This document shows, piece by piece, positions 35,423 through 45,718 of a stretch of DNA of 53,029 bases (position 1 is its first letter; the number at the start of each line of letters is the position of its first letter). The DNA lies in IMG/VR virus record IMGVR_UViG_3300008267_000477, positions 1 to 53,029 of that record; one strand, 5' to 3'. The notes beneath the pieces are model-generated. The model was not told the DNA's origin, made no database searches, and was given only the letters and a program-made list of their open reading frames with translations. The position numbers were made by a program, and so were the translations under genes. The DNA is from a virus (taxonomy: Duplodnaviria; Caudoviricetes).

Positions 35423-38400
35423 ATGCCTTACGATTTTGAAACAATGTTTGTACAACCCCTACTGGCTGATCTAGATGCCGGGGCAATCAGCGGAGCAGAA
35501 GCTTGGTCGTCGGCCATTGTAAAGTATTATTCTATGACAGTCAAAGCTGGATTACCACAAGGAGTCCCGCCATCACTTCCAGCTCCTGGATTAAACCCAA
35601 CAGCACCACCACCCTATCCAATAAATGTTATTGGGATTTCAAACAATCCTAACGAAAAGGCAATGAAAGAAATCATCAAAGCCTTTTTTCTAGCAAAAGA
35701 AATAGCCAACGATAAGGCAGCAGTTCGTAGCCTTGTGAATACAGTTACTCAGTTAGTTGAGAAAATAAAAGTAAGACGAAAGGAGGCACTGGAATTAATA
35801 GAAAATATCAAAAAGTTAGCACTAGAGGTAAAGAATGTACCACAATACATAAAAGAAGTAATCGATGCAGTAAAAGAAATTGTCGAAGAGGATAAGAATA
35901 AAGTCAAAGCTTTATTTGAGTTAATGGATAACTTCAAAGCGGAGTTGTCAGAGCAGCTTACAGCAGAAGATTTTCAACGAGTGTTTAAAGAGGAGTTAGA
36001 CATACTTAATACGTTAAAAAATTTCAAGATACAGTCGTTTGATGATTTAACATCTATCGTAGGCTTCATAGATGGATTGAGGAGTAAGATAGAGCGATTT
36101 AGCAAGAGTAGAGGTAATGCAGCCGGAGGAACGGCTCGAGGTGTTTTTTTTGAAGCGAAACCGAGAGGTGGTGAGTTTGATATTAAGTTGTACTTGTATT
36201 CACGAATAGGTGAGATTCTCGTGTCTATAGAACAACTTGCAAATATAGTATTAGATCCGCCAAACTTTTTGGCTTACGTAGAAAGGTTAAGAACAAAGTC
36301 TCCAAAGTTTGATAGAGCGTTTTTAGCTGTAAGTAAGCTAGATGCTGTTGAACGCTATGTAAAGCCACAAATACTAAAACTCGAAAAGTTAAAGGATCAA
36401 AAGATAAAAGAAATCAAGGAAAAGGTTCAACCAAAGATTGACGAAGTAAAAAAGAAACTTGAAGAAAAGATACAAGAACTATTAAGTAAGAGGAAAGAGG
36501 GGTTGAAGGATAACCTATACACAAAGACAAAAAAACGTGTAACTGACTTTAAAAAAACCCACGGAGCAAAGATCAAGCGAGTAAAAAATGAAATTAAGTT
36601 GATTGAGAAGGCAATTAAGCAGCTTAACTTAATCGTCGAAAAATCAAAAACACTAAAATCATCTTTAGAAACTGAATTTGAAATAATAAAAAGCGAGTTA
36701 ATACTACTACGCGATAATGCAAAAGAAGGTGTTTACGTTGATAAATTTAAAGACATCCAAGATGATCTAAAAAAGGCATTAGCAAAGTCGACTAAACCAA
36801 ACATCATAAAAGACGCCACAGGTTACAATCCAATACTACCTACAGGAAATAGTCCAAACCCACTTGACAATCCACCACGCTTAACGAGTGTTGAGATAAA
36901 ACAAGAGTATCTGGCACAAGTTGAGAGGAATGTGGGAGGTCCAGGCGACTTGGAGAGAACGAGAGCACTACGGAGAGAGCTTAAGAATGACATAGTAGAG
37001 GAGCCTAACGCTGATCAAGTTTATTTATACATGGAGCAGTTGGGTTTAGGTGACTTTTCGCAAGTAGTACTGAGTGTAATCTCAGAATCAAAAACAAGCT
37101 TAGACACTTTTAAACTCCTATTCGAACGACGTTTAACAAAATACAAGGCATACATAGAGGAGATTGAAACCTTAATCGGCGATATCAAAAAGCTATTTGA
37201 TATTCTTCAAGATATCCGTGAAGGAAAAGGGCCAGCAGGAAAGGCGGCCGATTGGGCAGCAAGGCAAGCTGCATCCTTAAAGAATAGTCAAGTAGGGCAA
37301 AATGTAGGTAGGTGGTTAGAAGGACAGGCAGCTTCTTTGAAAGAGCTTATGATGGACTTGGTAAAAAAAGTAGAACCGCTTATCAATAAAGCACGATCAT
37401 GGATTCAGAAGCAATATAAAAAAGCAAAAAAGTTTATAGAAGAGAAGGTTGCAAAGTTTGAGAAGGAGATAGAGTGGTATCTACTGAAACTTGTTCCACT
37501 TGGTAGCGATAAGAAGGATTTTGAAACAAAGCAAATAGAGATTGAAGCAAGAAAGTTAAAAGTCGATCATTACAAAAAACAAATACAATACTACTCAAAG
37601 CTGAGCCAAGCTATAGGTAAAGCAGCTCGAGGAGGTGTAGCCTTACAAAAAAGCATATTCACCAACAACCAATATAGTTTAGCGGCAAATGAAAGGCATA
37701 TAAAAAACATAACAGACGGTGTATTTGATTACAAAAAGTTAAGAGCAAACAACGATCCCACAATCAGCGCAGCCTTAGATGTAGAGAAGAAGGAGTTTTT
37801 AGCTCAAATGGCAGATCTCACTGTAATAGAGATGACCGTGTATGGTTTAATAGAATTCTTTAAGGTGGTTACAAATGGAAAGGAGTACTTAGAAGATTGG
37901 GATCGACTTGTAGCTAGCATTGAAGATACTACACTAAAACCAGCCTTAGATGCTCTAACTGCTGTTTACAAAAATCCACCAAAAGATCCTCGACAAATAA
38001 TAAACCTCGTAGAAGATACGATGAATACGTCAAACATATTCAACCTCTTCACAAAGACAGCTTTCATAGACGGTTTAGTTGCCTTGGAACAGAAACATCT
38101 AGGAAGAGTGCGAGAGGTATTAAAATCACTAACAGACGCTAGGTTGCAAGAAGCTGTTGAGAACACAGCAAGTGGAAAGATATCATCCAAAAACGTGTTT
38201 TCTTTTTTAGAAGATCTTAGTGATATCCTAAACAACAAAAAGTCGTTTGTAAAGTTTCTTTTAGAAAAACTAGAGTTTTATTTTAATAAACTAGTTCGTT
38301 TCATTAAGAAAGAAGTCGACAAGATTATCACAGACGTTAAGAAGTACATTGCAAAAAAACTCAAAAAAATAAAAGAGGAGTTCGACATTCAGTTAGAAAA

Positions 38401-38692
38401 AATAAAAGAAAAAGCTGTCAATTTAGAAGCACCAGTAATGAGTATTACGTTTGGGCTCGCAGCAAGGATATTCTGGACTGGAGCCACTTGGCCAGGACCA
38501 ACCGGTACTCAACACATCGTATTTAATGTAGGACAATTTGTACCGATGAAAGCTCTAACAAAGGATGGTGCTTCGGGTTTTGTGAAGGAGATGGCTCGTG
38601 GCTTCGAAGCACAGCTAAAAACGCTGCAAGGCTTGGCAACACCACCACCCAACACTGGAATACCACCAATCCCTTTTACGGGGTACAAATAA
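35423..38692 (+). CDS. Large coiled-coil structural protein
   Basis: 1089 aa, K/E-rich helical core between Pro-rich termini; inside the baseplate module. Confidence 0.7.
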   Translation: MPYDFETMFVQPLLADLDAGAISGAEAWSSAIVKYYSMTVKAGLPQGVPPSLPAPGLNPTAPPPYPINVIGISNNPNEKAMKEIIKAFFLAKEIANDKAAVRSLVNTVTQLVEKIKVRRKEALELIENIKKLALEVKNVPQYIKEVIDAVKEIVEEDKNKVKALFELMDNFKAELSEQLTAEDFQRVFKEELDILNTLKNFKIQSFDDLTSIVGFIDGLRSKIERFSKSRGNAAGGTARGVFFEAKPRGGEFDIKLYLYSRIGEILVSIEQLANIVLDPPNFLAYVERLRTKSPKFDRAFLAVSKLDAVERYVKPQILKLEKLKDQKIKEIKEKVQPKIDEVKKKLEEKIQELLSKRKEGLKDNLYTKTKKRVTDFKKTHGAKIKRVKNEIKLIEKAIKQLNLIVEKSKTLKSSLETEFEIIKSELILLRDNAKEGVYVDKFKDIQDDLKKALAKSTKPNIIKDATGYNPILPTGNSPNPLDNPPRLTSVEIKQEYLAQVERNVGGPGDLERTRALRRELKNDIVEEPNADQVYLYMEQLGLGDFSQVVLSVISESKTSLDTFKLLFERRLTKYKAYIEEIETLIGDIKKLFDILQDIREGKGPAGKAADWAARQAASLKNSQVGQNVGRWLEGQAASLKELMMDLVKKVEPLINKARSWIQKQYKKAKKFIEEKVAKFEKEIEWYLLKLVPLGSDKKDFETKQIEIEARKLKVDHYKKQIQYYSKLSQAIGKAARGGVALQKSIFTNNQYSLAANERHIKNITDGVFDYKKLRANNDPTISAALDVEKKEFLAQMADLTVIEMTVYGLIEFFKVVTNGKEYLEDWDRLVASIEDTTLKPALDALTAVYKNPPKDPRQIINLVEDTMNTSNIFNLFTKTAFIDGLVALEQKHLGRVREVLKSLTDARLQEAVENTASGKISSKNVFSFLEDLSDILNNKKSFVKFLLEKLEFYFNKLVRFIKKEVDKIITDVKKYIAKKLKKIKEEFDIQLEKIKEKAVNLEAPVMSITFGLAARIFWTGATWPGPTGTQHIVFNVGQFVPMKALTKDGASGFVKEMARGFEAQLKTLQGLATPPPNTGIPPIPFTGYK

Positions 38693-38703
38693 TTTTCCAC
38701 AAC

Positions 38704-38711
38704 TATTTATA
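38704..38711 (+). promoter_or_regulatory. Late-type TATTTATA motif (wedge operon)
   Basis: Upstream of ATG 38724. Confidence 0.6.
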
Positions 38712-38723
38712 TTAAAACACAAT

Positions 38724-39194
38724 ATGAAAGCATCTGAATTTGTTAATTTAATGCGAAAGGTTATACGTGAAGAAGTGCGAACTATCATCAAGGAGGAGTT
38801 GAAAGAACTCAGAAAACCAATGATTCGAGAGTCAGCAAAAACACAAACACAACCAGCCGCAATACCTCAAGTAAAGCAAAAAACAATAAAGCGATCAATC
38901 CAACAACCCATATTTGAAGGACCGTTGGCAGATTTACTTAACGAAACTTATGAATCTATGTTAACACAACCACACGAAGAGGAGGAATGGCCAGATATTA
39001 ATGGTGGCCAGCCGATGAATAGTCAGCAGTTTGCTGGATACCAAGCAACCGATGCTTCAAATTTGTCATCACTACTAGATGACGAGTCACCACTTCCGGA
39101 TATGGGTGGTGGATATGGTGATCCAACATCGCAGTTCATAAAAGACTACTCTGGAGTAATGAAAGCAGCAGACGCACACCAAGGTAAAATCTAA
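38724..39194 (+). CDS. Conserved protein with KVIREEVR tag-like N-terminus
   Basis: MKASEFVNLMRKVIREEVRTIIKEELKE. Confidence 0.75.
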   Translation: MKASEFVNLMRKVIREEVRTIIKEELKELRKPMIRESAKTQTQPAAIPQVKQKTIKRSIQQPIFEGPLADLLNETYESMLTQPHEEEEWPDINGGQPMNSQQFAGYQATDASNLSSLLDDESPLPDMGGGYGDPTSQFIKDYSGVMKAADAHQGKI

Positions 39195-39616
39195 TGGCAT
39201 ATCAGGTAAAAATACATCCACTTGATTTTGAACCAAACGTTGCTATTGGTGTTGGATTGCCTATGTTTGGAGCTGATAATAGATTCAAACTAAATTACCT
39301 AACTCTAGATCAAGCCGTAGCAAATGCAAAAAACCTGTTACTAACAAACACAGGAGAACGAGTAATGCAGCCACTATTTGGTTGTGACCTTCGCAAAACA
39401 TTATTTGAAAACCTCTCAGAAGAGACTATTGAAGGATTGGAAGAGCGAATAAGAGAGGCATTTGCATATTGGTTACCTTACATATTTATTAATGAATTGA
39501 CTCTTACTCCCGACTACGATTACAACAAGCTAGCAATCAAACTATCAATAAGTTTGGAAGGCAATAAGTTTGATACAAGATCTATCCAGTTGGAAGTGAA
39601 TTTGGAAAGAACCTAA
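39194..39616 (+). CDS. Baseplate wedge subunit gp25/GpW-like
   Basis: NLLLTNTGERVMQPLFGCDL..LFE and WLPYI. Confidence 0.9.
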   Translation: MAYQVKIHPLDFEPNVAIGVGLPMFGADNRFKLNYLTLDQAVANAKNLLLTNTGERVMQPLFGCDLRKTLFENLSEETIEGLEERIREAFAYWLPYIFINELTLTPDYDYNKLAIKLSISLEGNKFDTRSIQLEVNLERT

Positions 39617-39622
39617 AATAAA

Positions 39623-41542
39623 ATGGCTAATATATCGAAAACAACATCGAAAGAGATTAAGTACTTGGGGCGAGATTTTGACTCCCTAAAGAAAGGTCTT
39701 ATTGAGTTTACTAAGGTTTACTATCCAAATACCTACAACGACTTTAACGAAGCCTCACCAGGAATGATGTTTCTTGAGATGGCTGCGTATGTAGGAGATG
39801 TTCTCAATTACTATGTAGATTCTCAATTTAAAGAATCACTACTATTACACGCAACAGAGAAGCGAAACATCATGGCTATCGCAGCTGCAATGGGATACAA
39901 ACCAAAGCTAAAAGTTCCTGCACAAGTCGACTTAGATGTATATCAGCTAATTCCAGCTTCTGGTAGTGGTCCTGACGTAGCTCCAAACCCAGCCTATGCA
40001 TTGCGCATCCCTGCAGGTATGAGAGTCAGAAGTACTACCACTGGAACAAACCCAGATGGAACACCACAGCAGATAGAGTTTTTAGTACAAGAGGATGTTG
40101 ATTTTTCTGTGAATAACATCTACTCACCAACCGAGTATTCCGTCTACACTATTGACAATAATGGAGCTCCTAACTACTTTCTAGCAAAGAAGACTGTGGA
40201 AGCTCTATCAGCGCAACCCAAAACCGCAGCCATAGTAGTAGAGGGTGTTAAGAAGTTTTTCAAGTTTCAAATACAAGATCCAGACTTAATCGCAATCGAA
40301 AGTATTGTAGATGCAGATGGTAATGACTGGTACGAAGTACCTTATTTAGCACAAGATACTTTATTTGAAAAGGTTGAAAACACATCCTTCAATGATCCCG
40401 ATGCTGCAGTTTATAGTGAGGATACGCCTTTCTTACTGAAGTTAAGAAAAACACCACGTCGATATATTACAAGAGTAAATGATAAAGGAATTGAAGTTCA
40501 ATTTGGATCGGGAATAAGTTCATCGCCAGATGAAGAGCTTCTAGCAACACCAGAAAACATTGGCTTAAAGTTGCCAACCGGAAAGGACGACATAGACGCA
40601 TCTATCGACCCACAATCACCTATATTTACTGGCGCTTATGGTATTGCTCCGTCAAATACAACTCTAACAGTAACCTACTTAGTTGGCGGAGGTGTGAAGT
40701 CAAATGTACCTAGTAACACTATAACAGAAATAATTGCAACAAACCTCACCACAGTAGGGTTACCTGAAAGTACAGCAGATCTTAATGCAAATATCATAAA
40801 CTCGATAGCAGTAAACAATCCAACACCTGCAATAGGTGGTCGCGACGAAGAGACGTTTGATGAAGTTAAACAAAACACACTAGCTCAGTTTAATTCGCAA
40901 AACAGAGCTGTAACTAAGGAGGACTATATCATACGAGCTTATTCGATGCCGAACGTATATGGTAGTGTTGCAAAAGTATTCATAACGCCAGATGAGCAGA
41001 ATAATATAGGAACATCGGAAATCAACGATACAGTGTCTAACCCACTTGCACTTAATATGTACATACTAGGGTACAACAACAATAAGCAGTGCACTCTGGT
41101 GAATAGAGCTGTAAAGGAAAACCTAAAAACATACTTATCACAGTATCGTATGCTAACGGATAGTATCAATATCCGTGATGCTTACATAGTAAACATTGGA
41201 GTAGATTTTGATGTTATTCCAATTCCAGGATTTAATTCAAACGAAGTAATACTTAATTGTATTCACTTAATGAAAGATTTCTTTGATGTAGACAAATGGC
41301 AAGTTAATCAACCAATCGTTCTCGGAGATATTTACAATCTACTATTAAGAGCAAAAGGAGTTCAGACGATAACAGCTGTTAGAATTAAAAACTTAAATGA
41401 CGAACTGTTAGGATATAGCGATGTGTTTTATGACATCCCATCTGCTACGAGAAATGGAATAATATACCCAAGTCTTGACCCAGCAATTTTTGAAGTGAAA
41501 TATCCTGACAACGACATTAAAGGACGCATAGCAACATTCTAA
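39623..41542 (+). CDS. Baseplate wedge subunit gp6/J-like
   Basis: RDFDSLK, YNDFNEASPG, AYVGDVLNYY, GGRDEET, QNRAVTKEDY. Confidence 0.9.
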   Translation: MANISKTTSKEIKYLGRDFDSLKKGLIEFTKVYYPNTYNDFNEASPGMMFLEMAAYVGDVLNYYVDSQFKESLLLHATEKRNIMAIAAAMGYKPKLKVPAQVDLDVYQLIPASGSGPDVAPNPAYALRIPAGMRVRSTTTGTNPDGTPQQIEFLVQEDVDFSVNNIYSPTEYSVYTIDNNGAPNYFLAKKTVEALSAQPKTAAIVVEGVKKFFKFQIQDPDLIAIESIVDADGNDWYEVPYLAQDTLFEKVENTSFNDPDAAVYSEDTPFLLKLRKTPRRYITRVNDKGIEVQFGSGISSSPDEELLATPENIGLKLPTGKDDIDASIDPQSPIFTGAYGIAPSNTTLTVTYLVGGGVKSNVPSNTITEIIATNLTTVGLPESTADLNANIINSIAVNNPTPAIGGRDEETFDEVKQNTLAQFNSQNRAVTKEDYIIRAYSMPNVYGSVAKVFITPDEQNNIGTSEINDTVSNPLALNMYILGYNNNKQCTLVNRAVKENLKTYLSQYRMLTDSINIRDAYIVNIGVDFDVIPIPGFNSNEVILNCIHLMKDFFDVDKWQVNQPIVLGDIYNLLLRAKGVQTITAVRIKNLNDELLGYSDVFYDIPSATRNGIIYPSLDPAIFEVKYPDNDIKGRIATF

Positions 41543-41543
41543 T

Positions 41544-42638
41544 ATGATACTACGATTTTATCCCACAAAAGACGCTACGATATATGAGCGTTACCCTCAA
41601 AAGAATACAGGGTTGGATGCTATATTAGATATATCAAAAGTACTAGAAGGATCAACTCCCTACAACTCTAGAGTTTTGGTTGATTTTGATCTAAACGCAA
41701 TCTCCTCTAAACTAGCTGAGTGGGGATTGAACTCACTTCCAAGAAGAAGTACGCTAAAAATGTACGTGAGTGATGAGCAAGAAGTACCATTACAATACAA
41801 CATCGATTGCCATGCCTTAGCTCAGAGCTGGAATATGGGAATTGGACGATACGGAAACATACCAGAAACTACAGAAGGTGTAAGTTGGTATTACAAAAAT
41901 TCACTTACAGACATAACATCTCTATGGCCTACATCTTCTTATGATCCAGATACAACGGGATCTTATCAAACCAATCCTGGAGGAGGTGTGTGGTCAACAC
42001 TAACATCCGCACAGCAGGGCTTTAACTACAAGGTAGGAGATTTGAAACTAGACGTATCACCTATCGTAGATGGTGCACTTCAAGGGGACTTTAGTTTTTA
42101 TGGCTTTTTGCTCAAAAAAGAAAATGCTGCTGAAGCATCTACATCAACCTTTAGAAGTATTAAGTTTTTCAGTAAAGATACGCACACAGTATATGCTCCC
42201 GTTTTAGAGGTAGGAATTGACGACGTACAATACAATACATCATTACCCTCAGTAGATACTGATGAACGATTTGTTATATCTTTCACAAACTTAAAAGAAT
42301 CATACAAAGAGTCTTCAGTAGAAAGGATACGAGTTTCTGCTCATCCGACATATGTTACACCAACATTTGTCACTTCATCAGGACATCTAGATAGGTACGT
42401 CTTACCCGAAGGATCACAATACGCAATATATAGTGCACATACAGATGACGTAATTGTTGACTTCAGTATATTCACTCGGTTGAGTAGTGATGATACTGGA
42501 AATTACTTTACGATGCCGTTTGAGTCATTTCAACCGGAAAGATATTATCGTTTCTTAGTAAGGATACCTAATAGCAATAACATAGGTTACCAAATGTACG
42601 ATAACAATTGGATATTTAAAGTTTCGCGCAATCAATGA
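41544..42638 (+). CDS. Virion structural protein (DNRLRE-like domain)
   Basis: KDATIYE..P..NTGLD, SRVLVDFD and FFSKDT..P.LEV pattern. Confidence 0.65.
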   Translation: MILRFYPTKDATIYERYPQKNTGLDAILDISKVLEGSTPYNSRVLVDFDLNAISSKLAEWGLNSLPRRSTLKMYVSDEQEVPLQYNIDCHALAQSWNMGIGRYGNIPETTEGVSWYYKNSLTDITSLWPTSSYDPDTTGSYQTNPGGGVWSTLTSAQQGFNYKVGDLKLDVSPIVDGALQGDFSFYGFLLKKENAAEASTSTFRSIKFFSKDTHTVYAPVLEVGIDDVQYNTSLPSVDTDERFVISFTNLKESYKESSVERIRVSAHPTYVTPTFVTSSGHLDRYVLPEGSQYAIYSAHTDDVIVDFSIFTRLSSDDTGNYFTMPFESFQPERYYRFLVRIPNSNNIGYQMYDNNWIFKVSRNQ

Positions 42639-45600
42639 GAAGATTAGATGGATCACTAGATGGTAACTTAAATGACAACATTTCTGCTAAAACGTCAGGA
42701 AGCGTTGTGTTTGTGCAAACCAGTAGTATAGATGAAAATCTAACACAATATGACTTACTTCCAGTTGTAGTAAACAAACCACCAATAATAACAATCCCAA
42801 TTTGGGAAGGTTCACGACCTCAAGTAAAATCAGCTAATACAGCTAATGCAACCGGAAACAACCTTTACAGGTTTGAAGATGGCATAGTTAAGGTTTACAT
42901 TGGATCTACTTTTACATTAAATGTAGGAGCAATACAACCTGACACCTACAATGTTGAAAACGGAATACCAACAATTAAAGCTCCAGATCAAGATTTATTT
43001 TATGTATGGCGACAAGACGAAGGTATTATTCGGAGTTACGATACACCATCCTTGCAAAGTAGAATAATAGCGAGTGGTAGTAGTTTGCGATTTGAAAGAA
43101 TCCAACCCGAATCAGCAGGAACATACACATGCGAGATATCTAACGACATAGGATCGGTGCTTTCTGAACCAATCACCATCGAAGTCTACAACCCAGATTT
43201 AGATGCTTATATTTATAGAAATTTGGTACAAAACGGAAGTGCCACTAACAACATTGATAGCTGGACAGCAAACAATGGGGAGTTTGTAAAGCGTGAGTTT
43301 TCGAGACTAAACACGCTAGACTTGAAGAAACCTAACCGGGTGGATTTGTTTGGATACAATATGGATATGATGCATCCAAGACCTTACCAAGTGGAACCTG
43401 GTATTTTAAAAAATATAAACTACGACAGACTCTTTTTTAGCCAAGATAGTCAGAATAGAGGAGGTTACTTTTCTCGAGATGTATATAAGTTTGAAAAAGC
43501 GGGAGGATCTTTTTATGTAAAGGCATATCAAGATATCGATGTTACTGAGATTCAAGATTTTATTAGAGGAAGTATCTACGGTATAGATGGTGTTCGAGCA
43601 GTATTTAGTTGTTACATAGGTAATGCAATACTAAACTGGATACCAACAAAAGAGCTCGTACTTCCGGATTCCAAAACGAATCCTGAGAATTACTTTTTAG
43701 GCGCACCTCGAGTAAGTGTAGAAAACTTTTTAACAGCAGGTCCAGGAAAACCTATGGATGAGTGCTATGTGACTTTGGAGGAGTATGATAACGAAACACG
43801 ACTAGCATCGACAGTACTAAATTCGGATGGATCAAAAACGAGACTACCAAAGTCGGTAATGCTAAAAGATCCGTGGGCAAAGCGAATGCCAGACAAATGG
43901 CAAAAAAAATACTACAATCAAGATATCTACAAGTTGGGTACAAAATCCAAAGGTGATTGGGTGGATGCTGTTTTGTGGGTAGCTGATGAGCTGTATCCAG
44001 ACAAAAACGAAAGACCAACGCACGGCCAGTACATGGAGTTTAATAGAGTTGTATTGGAGCGTCTTAATCCAAAAACAAACAAAATACGAATATCTCTTAA
44101 CTTCTGGACTAATGATTGGAAAATCTTTGAACACCTCGATTACGAGTTAACAAACAGTCCGCGAATCTTTGAGGTAATTGGATGGGAAAAGAACTATAAA
44201 AAGAATACCTTCGATAAGATAGGTGATACTTCTGAGGTGAATTGGATAAGGAGTATCATAGACACTAACTCAAAATACAAAGATAAAACTTATACAGAAC
44301 GATGGGCCTTATGTCCACCCCCACGAGCAGCAGTAACAGGAATTACACTATCACTACTGCCACTGGAGCGTTCTAATATGAAATCAACCGACAGATATAC
44401 TCAATCAGCTCTATCACTAAATAATAAGCCAAAAACCAAAGTACCATCGGCACTAATTTCGACTATGAAATTTGATCCATTTGGATTATTGAAACGACTT
44501 CTTGTAGTTAAGTTTAAAAACTATCAAACACCACTCAAAGTTGTTGATGGGGAACTTGTGACGAATCGTAGGTTAATGTTATCTCTTAGGGATAGAAAGC
44601 TAGACTCAACGGGAACACTTCAGAAGATTGAAAACACTTCAGGATCATTGTTTCCCTTTATTAAGGAAGCACCAGCCTATGCTTACGCTGAAAATTTGCT
44701 AGAGTTTAATACAAGGATGGAAAGCCTTACCGATCAATTCTTGATATACGAAAAAAACATCGATCGTCGTGTGGATATGGAGTTTGGATCAGTGCAGCGA
44801 AAATTTGCTACCGAAAAACTAAAAGATGTAGAACCTATGTTCACAGCTTTAACAAACTTCATTCCAGAAAAGCTAAAAAGAAGAAAAGCGGATTGGAATA
44901 ATATATTTAGATACATTGTATATTACAAAGCAATACCACCTGCAGGTAATTTTACATCAGTAAAAACAAACAGCTACTATCTAAAGGTTGAACCAGGATC
45001 CGACAAGCCAGTATTACTTTACCGTGATGAAGGTTTACCAAAAGGGTCAGGCGAGAATACCTTCGAGGTAAAAAACTTTCAAATTAACCTAGATGGAACT
45101 ATGACCATTGATTTACCAATGGACCTAATAACAGCGCCTGTAAATCAAGGTGGTTTAGGTGTTCCTAAAAAGTCAGTGCATTTTGTAAATTTAGAACCAA
45201 TTGAAGCATTACAGATTGCAAAAAAGCTAAAAAAACAATCAACAGCAGACGCCGTAACTAACGCAATCTTTGAAAAATGGTGGGATACACGACAACCTAA
45301 TACACCAGGATTTGGTAACACAGACTTCAATACGTTTGCTGTTCAGAGTTTGCAGAGTGGAGGTGAAAAAGCTGCAGCCAAGAGGTCCTTTCAAGCTGCG
45401 GTAAAAGAATTTTTTGAGGATAAAAAGACAATAAAAGTTCTTAGTGCGGAATGGGGATTAGTAAAATTACCTATCATAAGTGTGAAAATTGAGCAATCGA
45501 TGCCTGATCCCAATTGGACAGTATCACTGTACGCAGTACGTACTGCACCACAGTTAGGACCTACATTAAATGGATCTCCAGTATTTGGTTTTGGACCAAA

Positions 45601-45718
45601 CGGAGAGCAATATACGGTGACATACGACCTTGTAGAAGATAGCCACATACAAGAATTACTTGAACCTTCACAAAACCAATCACCAGGACAGTCTCTTCTT
45701 AATCTTATTCTCCCATGA
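42635..45718 (+). CDS. Ig-like domain structural protein (paralogue 1)
   Basis: YVWRQD..GTYTCEISN then RNLVQNGSA..W. Confidence 0.75.
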   Translation: MRRLDGSLDGNLNDNISAKTSGSVVFVQTSSIDENLTQYDLLPVVVNKPPIITIPIWEGSRPQVKSANTANATGNNLYRFEDGIVKVYIGSTFTLNVGAIQPDTYNVENGIPTIKAPDQDLFYVWRQDEGIIRSYDTPSLQSRIIASGSSLRFERIQPESAGTYTCEISNDIGSVLSEPITIEVYNPDLDAYIYRNLVQNGSATNNIDSWTANNGEFVKREFSRLNTLDLKKPNRVDLFGYNMDMMHPRPYQVEPGILKNINYDRLFFSQDSQNRGGYFSRDVYKFEKAGGSFYVKAYQDIDVTEIQDFIRGSIYGIDGVRAVFSCYIGNAILNWIPTKELVLPDSKTNPENYFLGAPRVSVENFLTAGPGKPMDECYVTLEEYDNETRLASTVLNSDGSKTRLPKSVMLKDPWAKRMPDKWQKKYYNQDIYKLGTKSKGDWVDAVLWVADELYPDKNERPTHGQYMEFNRVVLERLNPKTNKIRISLNFWTNDWKIFEHLDYELTNSPRIFEVIGWEKNYKKNTFDKIGDTSEVNWIRSIIDTNSKYKDKTYTERWALCPPPRAAVTGITLSLLPLERSNMKSTDRYTQSALSLNNKPKTKVPSALISTMKFDPFGLLKRLLVVKFKNYQTPLKVVDGELVTNRRLMLSLRDRKLDSTGTLQKIENTSGSLFPFIKEAPAYAYAENLLEFNTRMESLTDQFLIYEKNIDRRVDMEFGSVQRKFATEKLKDVEPMFTALTNFIPEKLKRRKADWNNIFRYIVYYKAIPPAGNFTSVKTNSYYLKVEPGSDKPVLLYRDEGLPKGSGENTFEVKNFQINLDGTMTIDLPMDLITAPVNQGGLGVPKKSVHFVNLEPIEALQIAKKLKKQSTADAVTNAIFEKWWDTRQPNTPGFGNTDFNTFAVQSLQSGGEKAAAKRSFQAAVKEFFEDKKTIKVLSAEWGLVKLPIISVKIEQSMPDPNWTVSLYAVRTAPQLGPTLNGSPVFGFGPNGEQYTVTYDLVEDSHIQELLEPSQNQSPGQSLLNLILP

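Noticed and set aside
35423-38692. Tape measure protein call
   Set aside because: Charged K/E composition without the usual A/G-rich or aromatic periodic pattern, and no tube or chaperone genes adjacent
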